From NCBI GenBank assembly GCA_963734535.1, contig CAVTHS010000010.1:96001-160000 (forward strand): a stretch of 64,000 nucleotides of DNA, read 5' to 3'. A program made the translations under genes and the position numbers. This DNA comes from an uncultured Chloroflexia bacterium (lineage in GTDB: Bacteria > Chloroflexota > Limnocylindria > Limnocylindrales > CSP1-4). The notes under the pieces were generated by a model that saw only the letters and a program-made list of their open reading frames with translations, searched no databases and was not told the origin of the DNA. Position 1 is the stretch's first letter, and each line of letters starts with the position of its first letter. Of the stretch, positions 1 through 9,784 are shown one piece after another.

Positions 1-2
1 CT

Positions 3-1088
3 GACTTCGCGATCGTCATCCTCGACGTCGGCCTCGGGCCCCGCACCGGCGTCGACATCTGCCGGGAGATCCGCGGGACGGCCGCGCTCTCCGCGATCCC
101 CGTCCTCTGCGTGAGCCAGTCGACCGACGTCGAGGAGCGGGTCCGCTACCTCGAGGCCGGCGCCGACGACGTCGTGGTGAAGCCGTTCGACCCGCGCGAG
201 CTCGAGGCTCGCGTCGAGGCGCTCCTGGTCCGCTTCCAGCGCTCGCGCGACCTGGCGCCGCTCGTCCACGCGGACGACGAGGGCCCCGCCCGCCGAAGCA
301 TCATCGCCTGCTTCAGCCCGAAGGGAGGTGTCGGGACCACGATGATCGCGGTGAGCGTCGCGACCTCCCTCGCCGTCCAGGCGCCTGGCCGCGTCCTCCT
401 CGTCGACTTCGACCTCCAGTTCGGCCAGGTCGCGACGCATCTCAACCTGAAGCCCCAGCTGACGGTCGCCGACCTCGCCCGCGACGACCAGTCCATGCGC
501 GAGCCGGACCTGCTGCGGACCTACGCGATCAAGCACGATTCCGGGCTGGAGGTTCTGGCTGCGCCGGGCACCCCGGAATCCGGGCGTGCCATCACTCCCG
601 AGCACGTGAACCTGTCGCTCTCGACCGCCCGGACCACATACGGCACGGTCGTGATCGACGCGGGCTCGGAGCTCGACGAGCGATCACTCGCGGTCCTGGA
701 GCGGGCCGAGGCGGTCCTGGTCCCGATCGTGCCGGAGATCGGCGCGCTGAAGGCGCTCCACTCCCTGCTCGAGTACCTCACCGAGGTGGGCTCGGCAGCG
801 GCGGCGGCCACCTTCGTCCTCAATCACCTCTTCGCGCGCGAGATGCTCTCGATGAAGCAGATCGAGGCGGCGATCGGGACGAAGATCGAGGCCGAGGTTC
901 CGTACGACCCCGGGCTCTACCTCAAGGCCATCAACGAGGGCATCCCGATCGTCCGCAGCGCGCCGACTTCGTCCCCGGCACGCGCGCTCGCGAGGCTGGC
1001 CGCCATCGCGATCGGCAGACCGGATGACGCCGCGCCGAGTCGCGACGAGCACCGTGGCCGCCTTGGAGCGTTCCGCCGGCGCGCGTGA
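3..1088 (+). CDS. CpaE/TadZ-like protein (receiver domain + MinD/ParA-type ATPase), 5' truncated by window edge
   Basis: Receiver motifs IVILDV and GADDVVVKPFDPRELEAR; deviant Walker A SPKGGVGTT; LLVDFDLQFG; AINEGIP. The frame is open upstream of 111 to the window start. Confidence 0.85.
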   Translation, partial: DFAIVILDVGLGPRTGVDICREIRGTAALSAIPVLCVSQSTDVEERVRYLEAGADDVVVKPFDPRELEARVEALLVRFQRSRDLAPLVHADDEGPARRSIIACFSPKGGVGTTMIAVSVATSLAVQAPGRVLLVDFDLQFGQVATHLNLKPQLTVADLARDDQSMREPDLLRTYAIKHDSGLEVLAAPGTPESGRAITPEHVNLSLSTARTTYGTVVIDAGSELDERSLAVLERAEAVLVPIVPEIGALKALHSLLEYLTEVGSAAAAATFVLNHLFAREMLSMKQIEAAIGTKIEAEVPYDPGLYLKAINEGIPIVRSAPTSSPARALARLAAIAIGRPDDAAPSRDEHRGRLGAFRRRA

Positions 1089-1115
1089 CCGCCGCGTGGG
1101 CGAGGCAGCCCATGA

Positions 1116-1514
1116 TCAACGGTTCGCGTTGACCGCCGTCTGGCCGGACATCCCGATCGATATCGTCCCCGCCCACGAGCACTGGCACGTGGACGGCGCG
1201 GTCAGCACCGGGACGCCGCCGAGCATCACCACGCTGGATCCGGGCGCCCAGGCCCCGATGGGAACCGGCAGGCAGGGCATCGGCGTATGCACGCCGAGTG
1301 CGGCAGCCGTGGCGGCGATGACCGCGGGGTTCGCGGGTGAGTTGCACATGCCGAATGTCGGGATGTTCGCCATCGGGATCGCATCGGCGATGGTCGCGAC
1401 CGGCTGTCCGCCAGCCGTCACGGGAGTTCCCCTGGGAATGGCGGTCAGCGGCATCGGCGGGCCCAGGCCCATCGTGCAGGACAGCATGGCTGCGTTCACG
1501 ACCACCGGCGGCAT
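1116..1514 (-). CDS. DUF4280 (PAAR-like) protein
   Basis: 132 aa MPPVVVNAAMLSCTMG...NIPTFGMCNSPANP...TPMPCLP...W.PG...STCQCSWAGTISI, the typical DUF4280 Cys pattern. Confidence 0.85.
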   Translation of the reverse strand: MPPVVVNAAMLSCTMGLGPPMPLTAIPRGTPVTAGGQPVATIADAIPMANIPTFGMCNSPANPAVIAATAAALGVHTPMPCLPVPIGAWAPGSSVVMLGGVPVLTAPSTCQCSWAGTISIGMSGQTAVNANR

Positions 1515-1744
1515 CGTCGTGCTCTCCCCTGCTCCGCGTGGTCCGGGGGCCCGGCGGGCGCTCCCCTGTTCGCTCGCCCCTGAGTGTCGCACCCGGAGGC
1601 ACGCCCGATCGTGCCGCTGACCCTGCCCGTTCGGTCCGGAGTCGCCGGTGCGCCGCCGCGAGGTCCGCCACGGGGCTCGCGGCGGATGCCATGATGGCGG
1701 GTGTGCGCCCCGCTTGAGCGGCACGCTGGAAATGGGAGGAAGTC

Positions 1745-2391
1745 ATGACAATCGATCGCCGGGCGCTCGCCTTCTCGCTCGCCGTTGCCCTGCTCGCCGC
1801 CGCATGCGGCGGCACCGCCGCCACGCCGACACCCGCGGCCTCGCGCCCAGGCCTCGGAGGCTCCAGCGTCCGCGGCGGCGTCCGAGGCCGCCGCCTCGCA
1901 GGAACCCGCGCTCGACTGACAACGGATCGGTCCCCGACGTCTCCCTCGCCCCGGGAACCGCCACGGAGCTCGAGTCGATGCTCCCGTCTACCGTCGGTGG
2001 CGTTGCCTTCGCGAAGACCAGCTTCGGCGGCGGCACGCTGCCGGCCACGATCCCCGTCGACTCCGGCGAGCTTGGCACGTTCCTGCAGGCCAACGGGAAG
2101 ACCCTGGCCGACGTCTCCCTCGCCATGGCGACCCCGACGGACACGTCGAAGGCCGGCACCTTCGTCATGGCCTTCCAGGTGAAGGGCGTCGACGGGACGA
2201 AGCTCGCGGAGGTGCTGGCGGGCATCGGGCGACAGCGGGCTCCAGCGACCACGGTCGGCGGCAAGCAGGTGCAGCAGGCGGGCGCAGGCGGATTTGGGTT
2301 CACCCTCTATGTCAAGGGCGACGTCGTCTTCTACATCCTCGCGATCGGCGACGCATCCCTGACCGAGGGCATCCTGGCGGCCCTCCCGTAA
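1745..2391 (+). CDS. Hypothetical lipoprotein (apparent frameshift near 1850-1920)
   Basis: Signal peptide with lipobox LLAAAC, Ala/Pro/Ser linker, then globular domain ELESMLPSTVGG...ILAALP in another frame; RBS gggagga. Confidence 0.65.
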
Positions 2392-2687
2392 CGTTCGTTC
2401 CGGCCCTCGCGGCCGCCATCGCCGGCGTCCACCGGCTGGCTCGCTCGCGGCGACGGTTGCCCGTCCGGCGCGAGCGTCGAGCCGTTCGACGTCCGGCCCC
2501 CGCAGCGTGAGGGCTGGTCCGCGCTGACGGCCCATCCAGGGGAACGTCGTGCGGTGACGGGCGTTCTCGTGGCTATTCTCGCGGGGTGCTGGGCTGGGAG
2601 TCGGACACGTCTGACTTCCCGCGACCCGGGCCGCTGGAGCCGCTGGACCTCGCCAGTCGCCGCGTCAGCCGTGCTTTGGGGGGATCG

Positions 2688-2933
2688 ATGTACCTGGTCG
2701 GGCTTCTTGTCATGAGCCAGGTCGCGGACGGGCTCACCTTCACGCTCGCCCATCATGGCGTCGAGCTGAATCCGCTCATGGCCCACCTCGGCGGACTCGT
2801 CCTGCCGGTCAAGCTCGCCGGAGCGACAGTCGTCGGGTTCCTCGCGTGGCGCCTCCGCGGCCACCCGCGGGTCCTTCTCTGGATGGGGGCGGTGGGCTGG
2901 ATCGGTGCGCTCAGCAACTTCACCGGGTACTGA
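2688..2933 (+). CDS. Small membrane protein (DUF5658-like)
   Basis: Hydrophobic 81 aa with AD..T and ELNPLM motifs. Confidence 0.55.
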   Translation: MYLVGLLVMSQVADGLTFTLAHHGVELNPLMAHLGGLVLPVKLAGATVVGFLAWRLRGHPRVLLWMGAVGWIGALSNFTGY

Positions 2934-3014
2934 TCGGCCGCGGGGCGCGCCTCGCGCGGGCGTGTCCGGCGCACGTTGGAGTTCCCCTGGATGACGACGG
3001 CCCCCGATCTCGCC

Positions 3015-3359
3015 TCAGACGGCAGGCTCGAAGTAGTAGGTCCCATCCCACTTGAGCACGCCGTCGGGGGAGGTCGTGACCTTGAGGCTGGCATGGAACC
3101 CGGCCAGCCACCCGGTCCCCCGGGAGAAGGTGCACGTCCCGAGGCCGGTTGGGCCCAGGGAACAGTGGCCGCTTGCCGTCGCGCCGTTCGGAGTCACGAG
3201 GACGACCCTGCTGCTCGACACGTTGGCGAACACCGGCCCTGCGTGGGCGGCCACCGTGCCCTGCGGGATCGATCCCGGGGTCGCAGTCCTCACCGTGCAG
3301 CGGTCGGCGGTCGTATCCCACGCCACCGCGAGAACCTTGCGAATCGACCGTATCGACAT
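3015..3359 (-). CDS. Hypothetical small beta-rich protein, possibly secreted
   Basis: ATG at 3359; GHC...GTCTFSRGTGWLAGFHASL...WDGTYYF; RBS-like gagg upstream. Confidence 0.5.
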   Translation of the reverse strand: MSIRSIRKVLAVAWDTTADRCTVRTATPGSIPQGTVAAHAGPVFANVSSSRVVLVTPNGATASGHCSLGPTGLGTCTFSRGTGWLAGFHASLKVTTSPDGVLKWDGTYYFEPAV

Positions 3360-3487
3360 GTGCGCCTCGGCCGGCGCTCGTCTCGTTTCTCGCGTGTGGC
3401 GGACGAACGACGAGAAGGTGAGACTGTACTCCTTCGGCTCGGACGTTCGCCGGCAGGACGCGATCGTCGCGCGGGGTGCTCTGCGCG

Positions 3488-3574
3488 TGGTACCGAGGGG
3501 GAGATTTGAACTCCCACGCCCTTGCGGGCAGCCGATTTTAAGTCGGCCGCGTCTGCCGGTTCCGCCACCTCGGC
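3488..3574 (-). tRNA. tRNA-Leu(TAA)
   Basis: Cloverleaf with long variable arm, anticodon loop CT-TAA-AA, GTTCAAAT, CCA end; TACAAT -10 upstream. Confidence 0.95.
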
Positions 3575-3631
3575 GTCGAGTCCCGAATTGTAACGCCCGC
3601 CGGGGAGGCGGGCGTTCCGTGCCAGAAGACG

Positions 3632-3707
3632 TGGAGGCGACGGTGGGATTCGGACCCACGCATAGAGGTTTTGCAGACCTCCCCCTTAACCACTTGGGTA
3701 CGTCGCC
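3632..3707 (-). tRNA. tRNA-Cys(GCA)
   Basis: GGCGACG acceptor stem, loop CT-GCA-AA, CCA end; T-loop reads TCCGAAT. Confidence 0.9.
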
Positions 3708-3738
3708 CCTGGAGCACCGGTGGGGGAACCGGCGGTGC

Positions 3739-3812
3739 TGGCTGGCCCTCGAGGATTCGAACCTCGGTTCACGGATCCAAAGTCCGCTGTCCTACCGCTA
3801 GACGAAGGGCCA
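3739..3812 (-). tRNA. tRNA-Gln(TTG)
   Basis: TGGCCCT acceptor stem, loop CT-TTG-GA, GTTCGAAT, CCA. Confidence 0.95.
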
Positions 3813-3844
3813 GCGGATCAAGGGCCGCAGTATTCAAGAATGAT

Positions 3845-3920
3845 TGGAGCGGAAGACGGGACTCGAACCCGCGACCCTCACCTTGGCAAGGTGATGCTCT
3901 ACCAACTGAGCCACTTCCGC
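3845..3920 (-). tRNA. tRNA-Gly(GCC)
   Basis: GCGGAAG acceptor stem, loop TT-GCC-AA, GTTCGAGT, CCA. Confidence 0.95.
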
Positions 3921-3942
3921 TCGATGACCGCGTCCGGGGTGG

Positions 3943-4018
3943 TGGTGCCGAGAGGCAGACTTGAACTGCCGACACCGCGATTTTCAGTCGCGTGCTCTAC
4001 CAGCTGAGCTATCTCGGC
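3943..4018 (-). tRNA. tRNA-Phe(GAA)
   Basis: GCCGAGA acceptor stem, loop CT-GAA-AA, GTTCAAGT, CCA. Confidence 0.95.
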
Positions 4019-4112
4019 CCGCAGGCCCCGCCGGACGTCCGCGCCCGTCGGCGTCCGAGAAGGTACCACGGGCGGCCCCTCGTCGGCAAGGCGGGCCGGC
4101 CCCCGAGGGCGA

Positions 4113-5099
4113 TCAGTCGAGCCCGGCGAGCTCCGTCTGGGCCGCCGACGGGAGCGGCGCCTCGCCGTTGAGGGCGCGGAGCCGGTTGATCCGGTCGACG
4201 ATCGGCGGGTGCGTCGAGAAGAGCCCCTTCGAGCGATTCTCGAACTTCTTGATCGGGTTCGTGAAGTAGAGGTGCTGGGTGGCGCGGTTGGCGACCTCCA
4301 GCACCTCCTTGTCCTCCGAGATCGCGGCGAGGGCCCGTTCGAGGCCCTGCGGGTTCCGGGTGAGCTCGACCGAGGACGCGTCGGCCAGGTACTCGCGCTG
4401 CCGGCTGACCGCCAGCTGGACCAGCCGCGCGAAGAACGGGGCGAGGATGGCCAGCACGATGGCAAGCACGAAGACGATCACCTGGAGACCGCCGCCGCCG
4501 CCGTTCCGGTCGCTGGACGAGCGGCGTCCGCCCCCGAAGCCACCCCAGAACGTGAAACGCAGGAAGAAGTCGGCCAGGAGGGCGACCGTCCCGACCATGA
4601 CCCCGACCAGGAGCGAGTAGCGGATGTCGTAGTTGCGGACGTGCGAGAGCTCGTGGCCGATCACGCCCTGGAGCTCCTCGCGGTCGAGCTTCTGCAGGAG
4701 GCCCGTGGTGATCGCGATGGAGGCATGCCGGGGATCGCGGCCCGTCGCGAAGGCATTGGGTGCCGTATCGTCGATCAGGTAGACGGCCGGCATCGGGATG
4801 GCGGCGGCCAGCGCCATCTCGGTGACGACGTTGATCAGCTGGGGCTGCTGCGCCGCCGTGACGGGTCGCGCCTTCGAGACGCCAAGGACGACCTTGTCGC
4901 CGGTGTAGTAGCTCGCCACCGACGAGACGATGGCGATCACGCCGAAGATGCCCAGCCAGCCGAGCCCCGCGCCCGCCTGGCCGGTCGTGCCGTAGCCGAT
5001 CGCGAAGCCGAGGACCGACAGCAGCGCGACGAGGATGAGCATCAGGAAGAAGGAGTTGCGCCGGTTCGCCGCGATCTGGCTGTAGAAGGTGCCGGCCAT
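4113..5099 (-). CDS. htpX: HtpX-family M48 zinc metalloprotease
   Basis: PNAFATGRDP, GHELSH (HExxH), SRQREYLADA, FSTHPP; downstream of lemA. Confidence 0.9.
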   Translation of the reverse strand: MAGTFYSQIAANRRNSFFLMLILVALLSVLGFAIGYGTTGQAGAGLGWLGIFGVIAIVSSVASYYTGDKVVLGVSKARPVTAAQQPQLINVVTEMALAAAIPMPAVYLIDDTAPNAFATGRDPRHASIAITTGLLQKLDREELQGVIGHELSHVRNYDIRYSLLVGVMVGTVALLADFFLRFTFWGGFGGGRRSSSDRNGGGGGLQVIVFVLAIVLAILAPFFARLVQLAVSRQREYLADASSVELTRNPQGLERALAAISEDKEVLEVANRATQHLYFTNPIKKFENRSKGLFSTHPPIVDRINRLRALNGEAPLPSAAQTELAGLD

Positions 5100-5122
5100 G
5101 GGAAGGACCTGGTGCCCGCCGC

Positions 5123-5689
5123 TCAGCGCAGGCTGACGACGGGAACGTCCTGGGCCTCGGGCTCGGCCGCGAAGAACTCCCGCTTCGTGAAGCCCATGGG
5201 TCCGGCAATGAGGACCGCGGGGATCGTCTGGAGCGTCGTGTTGTAGTCGTTGACGGTCGCGTTGTAGTGCTGGCGGGAGAAGCTGATCTGGTTCTCGGTC
5301 GTGGTCAGCTGCTCCTGCAGGCTCAGGACGTTCTCGTTGGCCTTGAGCTGCGGATAGTTCTCGACGACCGCGAAGAGCGAGCGGAGGGCGCCGGTGAGGG
5401 TGTTCTCCGCCTGGGCCTGCTGGGCCGTGATCTGGCCGCTCGCGCCGGCCGCGACGGCGTTCGCGCGGGCATCGGTCACGCGTGTGAGGACATCCTGCTC
5501 GAAGTCCATGTAGCCCTTGACCGCCGAGACGAGGTTCGGCACGAGGTCGTGACGCCGCTTGAGCTGGACCTCGATCTGCCCGACCGCTTCGTCGACCCGG
5601 TTGCGGCGGGCGACGAGGCCGTTGTAGATCAGGACCCCGGCCAGGGCCACGACGGCGATGATGACCAGCAGGATGACGACAACTTCCAT
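5123..5689 (-). CDS. lemA: LemA family protein
   Basis: N-terminal TM, QLKRRHDLVPNLV, ENYPQLKAN, RQHYNATV. Confidence 0.95.
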   Translation of the reverse strand: MEVVVILLVIIAVVALAGVLIYNGLVARRNRVDEAVGQIEVQLKRRHDLVPNLVSAVKGYMDFEQDVLTRVTDARANAVAAGASGQITAQQAQAENTLTGALRSLFAVVENYPQLKANENVLSLQEQLTTTENQISFSRQHYNATVNDYNTTLQTIPAVLIAGPMGFTKREFFAAEPEAQDVPVVSLR

Positions 5690-5778
5690 CGGGGCCTCCG
5701 CAGTTCGCTCGGCGCGGCTCGACGGCCGCTGCCACCAGTGTACGGGAGGGAACGCACGGTCCCGGGACGATTACGCGA

Positions 5779-5855
5779 TGGTGGGCGGTGAGGGTTTCGA
5801 ACCCCCGACTTCCTCGGTGTAAGCGAGGCGCTCTAACCAGCTGAGCTAACCGCCC
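5779..5855 (-). tRNA. tRNA-Val(TAC)
   Basis: GGGCGGT acceptor stem, loop CT-TAC-AC, GTTCGAAA, CCA. Confidence 0.95.
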
Positions 5856-5884
5856 GCGATCGGCCGTCCTGCCGGGACATGCGA

Positions 5885-5910
5885 GAGGCGGCTCCGGACG
5901 GAGCCGCCTC
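5885..5910. terminator. GC-rich hairpin between tRNA genes (terminator or processing stem)
   Basis: gaggcggctcc-ggac-ggagccgcctc, perfect 11-bp stem. Confidence 0.45.
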
Positions 5911-5927
5911 GATCAGGTGCAGGTGCG

Positions 5928-6012
5928 TGGTGCCCAGGCCGGGACTTGAACCCGGATGAGTTGCCTCATACGCCCCTCAAACGTACGCGTATACCAATTC
6001 CGCCACCTGGGC
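5928..6012 (-). tRNA. tRNA-Leu(GAG)
   Basis: Long variable arm, loop TT-GAG-GG, GTTCAAGT, CCA. Confidence 0.95.
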
Positions 6013-6047
6013 TCGAGTGCGGCGCACTGTTCGCTTCCCGATCGAGT

Positions 6048-6134
6048 TGGTACCGAGGAAGGGATTTGAACCCATACGCCCTTGCGGACACTAGCTCCTG
6101 AAGCTAGCGCGTCTACCGATTCCGCCACCTCGGC
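6048..6134 (-). tRNA. tRNA-Leu(CAG)
   Basis: Long variable arm, loop TT-CAG-GA, GTTCAAAT, CCA. Confidence 0.95.
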
Positions 6135-6158
6135 ACGCTGCCGATCAGGCGGCGAGGG

Positions 6159-7845
6159 TCACCGCCCGAAGGACGACCATGCTATCACGTCCCAGAAGCG
6201 GCCACTCGGATCGGCGACGGGTGCGGGCCGCGGGCCGACGAGCCGGTCCGACACGACGAAGACGGTGTCACGGAAGAAGAGCGGCAGGACCGGCTCGAGC
6301 GTTCCCAGGAGCGTCTGGAGGCGCGCGTAGGCCGCGCCCCGCGCAGCGTCGGTCCCGGGCGCCCGGGCCGCGACGAGCGCGGCGTCGAGGGCAGGATCCT
6401 GGAAGCCCGAGACGTTCGAACCCCCGGCCTGGACCTGGGCGCTCGCGAGCAGCGGATATGGGTCCGGGTCCAGCCCCACGTTGACGTCGGCAACCGCGGC
6501 CACGAAGTCACCGGACCGGAGGCGCTCCACGAGGGCGCCGGCCGCCAGCGGCGCGACCGTCGTGGGGATCCCGAGCGACGTCCATGCCGCTGCGATCCGC
6601 GTGGCGGCGCCGGCGGCGACGGGGTTGACGGAGGCGCCGGCCGTGAGCAGCTGGATCGTCAGTGTCTTCTTCGCCCGCGGAGGCAGCCATCCGGCGGCGG
6701 TCTTCGTCCAGCCGGCCGCCTTGAGGCCGGCAGCCGCCGCCTTCCGGTCGAACGCGACGACCGGAGCCGCCTTCGGGTCGTACGCCCACGACGAAGGCGG
6801 GATCGGCGTGCTGGCGAGCTGGCCCGGACCCGCCCAGCAGGTCGGTGACCAGGCGGCCACGATCGACCGCCGCGAGGAGCGCGGTCCGGACCCGCGCGTC
6901 GGCGAACGGACCGGCCCCCGGCCGCAGGTTGAGGAAGACGCCGGTCAGGGTCGTGCCCGGATAGTCGATCCGGCGTGTCGCCGGTTCTCCGGCGAGGCCT
7001 GACGCGGCGAGCGCCGGAAGGCCCGATACCGCGTCCACCTCTCCGGCCCGATATGCCGCGATCGCGTCGTCGGGTCCGGCGTAGAAGCGCAGCTCGAGTC
7101 CGGCCAGCAGCGGACGCCCCGGCGGGAGCGTCCCCGAATCGACCGTCGCGAGCGGTCCCGAACCCCGGTCGAAGGGCGCCAGGACGGGCACCAGGGTCGC
7201 GGCCTCCGGTGTGAGGTCGGTCAGCGCGAACGGCCCGTTGCCGACCGGGCGCGACGAGAACGGTGCGTCGGCAAGCTCGGCGACGGGCGTGTTCGCGAGC
7301 AGGTGGGCCGGCAGGAGCGGCTGTGCGGCCGCCTGCAGGAACCCACCGAGCGGGACGGAGAGATCGAAGCGAACCGTGGTCGGATCGAGCGCGGTCGCCG
7401 TGACACCCTGCCAGCCGGCGGACAGCGGCCCGGTGTAGGCCGGGTCCTGGAGCACGTGCACGGTGTAGACCACGTCGTCGCTCGTCACCGGGACACCGTC
7501 CTGCCAGGAGGCGTCCGGCCGGAGCCGGAACGTCCATCGCGCGCCCTTCGCCTCGACCGTCCAGCCGGCGGCAAGATCGGCGATCGGCCGTCCGTCCTGG
7601 CCGGGGCGCACCAGCCCGCGGAAGAGGAGCGCGACCAGGTCACGGTCGGCCTGGGTCCGTGCCGTCACGGGGTTGACCGAGCTGGGCAGGCCGACCACGG
7701 CCTCCCGGTGGATCGGGATCGGCGGCGGGGTCGGCGTCGCCAGCGGCGCGGCGACCGGCGTGAAGGCGGGGGCGGCGATGGCCCCGCCGAGCACCGCGAG
7801 GACGACGACGAGGACGAGGACGACCGCCGCGTCGCGACGGCTCAC
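6159..7845 (-). CDS. Peptide/nickel ABC transporter substrate-binding protein, family 5 (frameshift near 6830-6860)
   Basis: WTFRLRPDASWQDGVPVTSDDVVYT, PVGNGPF, PFADARVRTAL; C-terminal half in ORF 6159-6860. Confidence 0.85.
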
Positions 7846-7869
7846 GCGAGAGCGGCCGGAGCGCGGCGG

Positions 7870-8103
7870 CTAGACGACCGCGGTCGGGGCGAAGACGTAG
7901 CTCGCCAGCGAGAAGACGGCGAAGAGGATCGCCAGGATGATCGTGAACTGCCACAGGCGTCGCTCGACGCCGCGCCGGCTCCGGTACACCGCGGAGTCAC
8001 CGCCGAAGGCCCCGGACAGCCCGGTCCCGCGCGCCTGGAGCAGCACGGAGGCGATCAGGCCGATGCTGACGATGATCTGGCCGATGGCCAGGAACGTGTT
8101 CAC
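7870..8103 (-). CDS. secG: Preprotein translocase subunit SecG
   Basis: GTG start; [16 protein letters not shown]...RRGVER, two TM helices. Confidence 0.9.
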   Translation of the reverse strand: MNTFLAIGQIIVSIGLIASVLLQARGTGLSGAFGGDSAVYRSRRGVERRLWQFTIILAILFAVFSLASYVFAPTAVV

Positions 8104-8210
8104 TCTGGGAAGATCCTCCAGCGGGCGGGGCGCGGGCGATCGTAGCACAGGCGGCGCTTCGCCCGCGGTCTCGTGCTCCTTGGCGGTCGGCCGCGAGGTG
8201 TGCGCCGCGG

Positions 8211-8967
8211 TCAGCCGGCCGGCTTCGCGGTCCCCTGTGCCGCGACGGCGGCCATCGCCGCGGCCACCCGCGACGCATCGCCGAGGTAGCGCGAGCCGAG
8301 CGGCCGGAGCGCAGTCGTCGAGGTCGTACACGAGCGGCACGCCGGTCGGGATGTTGAGGCCCACGATCTCGTCGTCGGAGATCCCGTCGAGGTACTTCAC
8401 GAGCGCCCGGATGCTGTTGCCGTGGGCAGCCACGAGGACCCGCTTTCCTGCCCGCAGGTCGGGCGCGATCGACGACTCCCAGTAGGGCAGGAACCGGGCG
8501 ACGGTGTCCTTGAGCGACTCCGCGCGCGGAATGTCGGCGTCGGCCATGTCGGCGTAGCGCGGGTCCCGGCCGGGGAATCGCTCGTCGTCGTCGGTCAGCG
8601 CCGGGGGCGGGACGTCGTAGCTCCGCCGCCAGAGCTTCACCTGTGCATCGCCGAACTGGACGGCCATCTCGGCCTTGTTGAGGCCCTGCAAGGCCCCGTA
8701 GTGGCGCTCGTTGAGGCGCCAGCTGTTGCGGACCGGGCACCACATCTGGTCGAGCTCGTCGAGGGCGATCCAGAGCGTCCGGATCGCCCGCTTCAGGACG
8801 GACGTGTGGGCGACGTCGAACCGGAACGACTCCTCGCGCAGGAGCCGGCCCGCCTCGTGCGCCTCGACGAGGCCGGTCTCCGAGAGGTCGACGTCGGTCC
8901 ACCCGGTGAACCGGTTCTCCTTGTTCCAGGTGCTCTCGCCGTGGCGCAGAAGGACGAGGGTGGGCAT
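8211..8967 (-). CDS. gpmA: 2,3-bisphosphoglycerate-dependent phosphoglycerate mutase (frameshift near the 3' end)
   Basis: [48 protein letters not shown]. Confidence 0.93.
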
Positions 8968-8991
8968 GGGACGGCTCCTGGTCGCAGCAGG

Positions 8992-9777
8992 TCAGGAAAC
9001 GGCGCGGCGTGCCGCGGCGGTGAGCGCGGCCCGGGCGACCATGCCGGCCATCTCGTCGGGCTTGAGCGACGCGCCCCCGACCAGTGCCCCGTCGATGCCG
9101 GGCTCGGCCAGGAACTCGCCGATGCTCGCGCTGGTGCACGACCCGCCGTAGAGGATCGGGACGGCGTCGGCCCGCGGGCCCCAGCCGCTGACCGCGAGCG
9201 TGGCCCGGATCGCGTCCGCCATGGCGGAGGCATCCGCACCGGAGGCGGTTCGGCCGGTGCCGATCGCCCAGACCGGCTCGTAGGCGATGACGATGCCGGC
9301 GGCGAGGAGCGTCTCGGGGTCGTGACCGACGAGGGCGCCGGTCAGCTGGCCCGCGACGACCTCCTGGGCGTGGCCGGCCTCGCGCTCGGCGAGCTGCTCG
9401 CCGACGCACAGGATCGGCCGCAGCCCCGCCTCGACCGCGCGGCCGAGCTTGCGCCCGATCAGGGCATCGGACTCCGCGAAGTCGCGGCGCCGCTCGGAGT
9501 GGCCGAGGATCACCCAGGTGGCCAGGCCCGCGAGCATGGGTGCGCTCACCTCGCCCGTGTAGGCCCCGGCAAGCTCGTGGTGGATGTTCTGGGCGCCGAC
9601 GGCGATCCCCTCCCCGACCACGGCGTCGCGCACGGCCGCGAGGCACATGAATGGCGGGCAGATGACCCGGACCACGCCCGGCTCCGCGATCCGCGACGCG
9701 ATGGTGCGGGCCAGCTCGCCGGCATCCGCGGGGGTGGTGTTCATCTTCCAGTTGGCGGCAACGATCACGTCTCGCAT
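8992..9777 (-). CDS. tpiA: Triosephosphate isomerase
   Basis: AANWKMN, ILGHSERR, AYEPVWAIGTG, LYGGS, LVGGASL. Confidence 0.96.
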   Translation of the reverse strand: MRDVIVAANWKMNTTPADAGELARTIASRIAEPGVVRVICPPFMCLAAVRDAVVGEGIAVGAQNIHHELAGAYTGEVSAPMLAGLATWVILGHSERRRDFAESDALIGRKLGRAVEAGLRPILCVGEQLAEREAGHAQEVVAGQLTGALVGHDPETLLAAGIVIAYEPVWAIGTGRTASGADASAMADAIRATLAVSGWGPRADAVPILYGGSCTSASIGEFLAEPGIDGALVGGASLKPDEMAGMVARAALTAAARRAVS

Positions 9778-9784
9778 GCCGCCA

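Noticed and set aside
7870-8967. Apparent GpmA-SecG fusion in the ORF track
   Set aside because: It is produced by a frameshift near 8310. secG has its own TACGAT -10, GGAGG RBS and GTG start.
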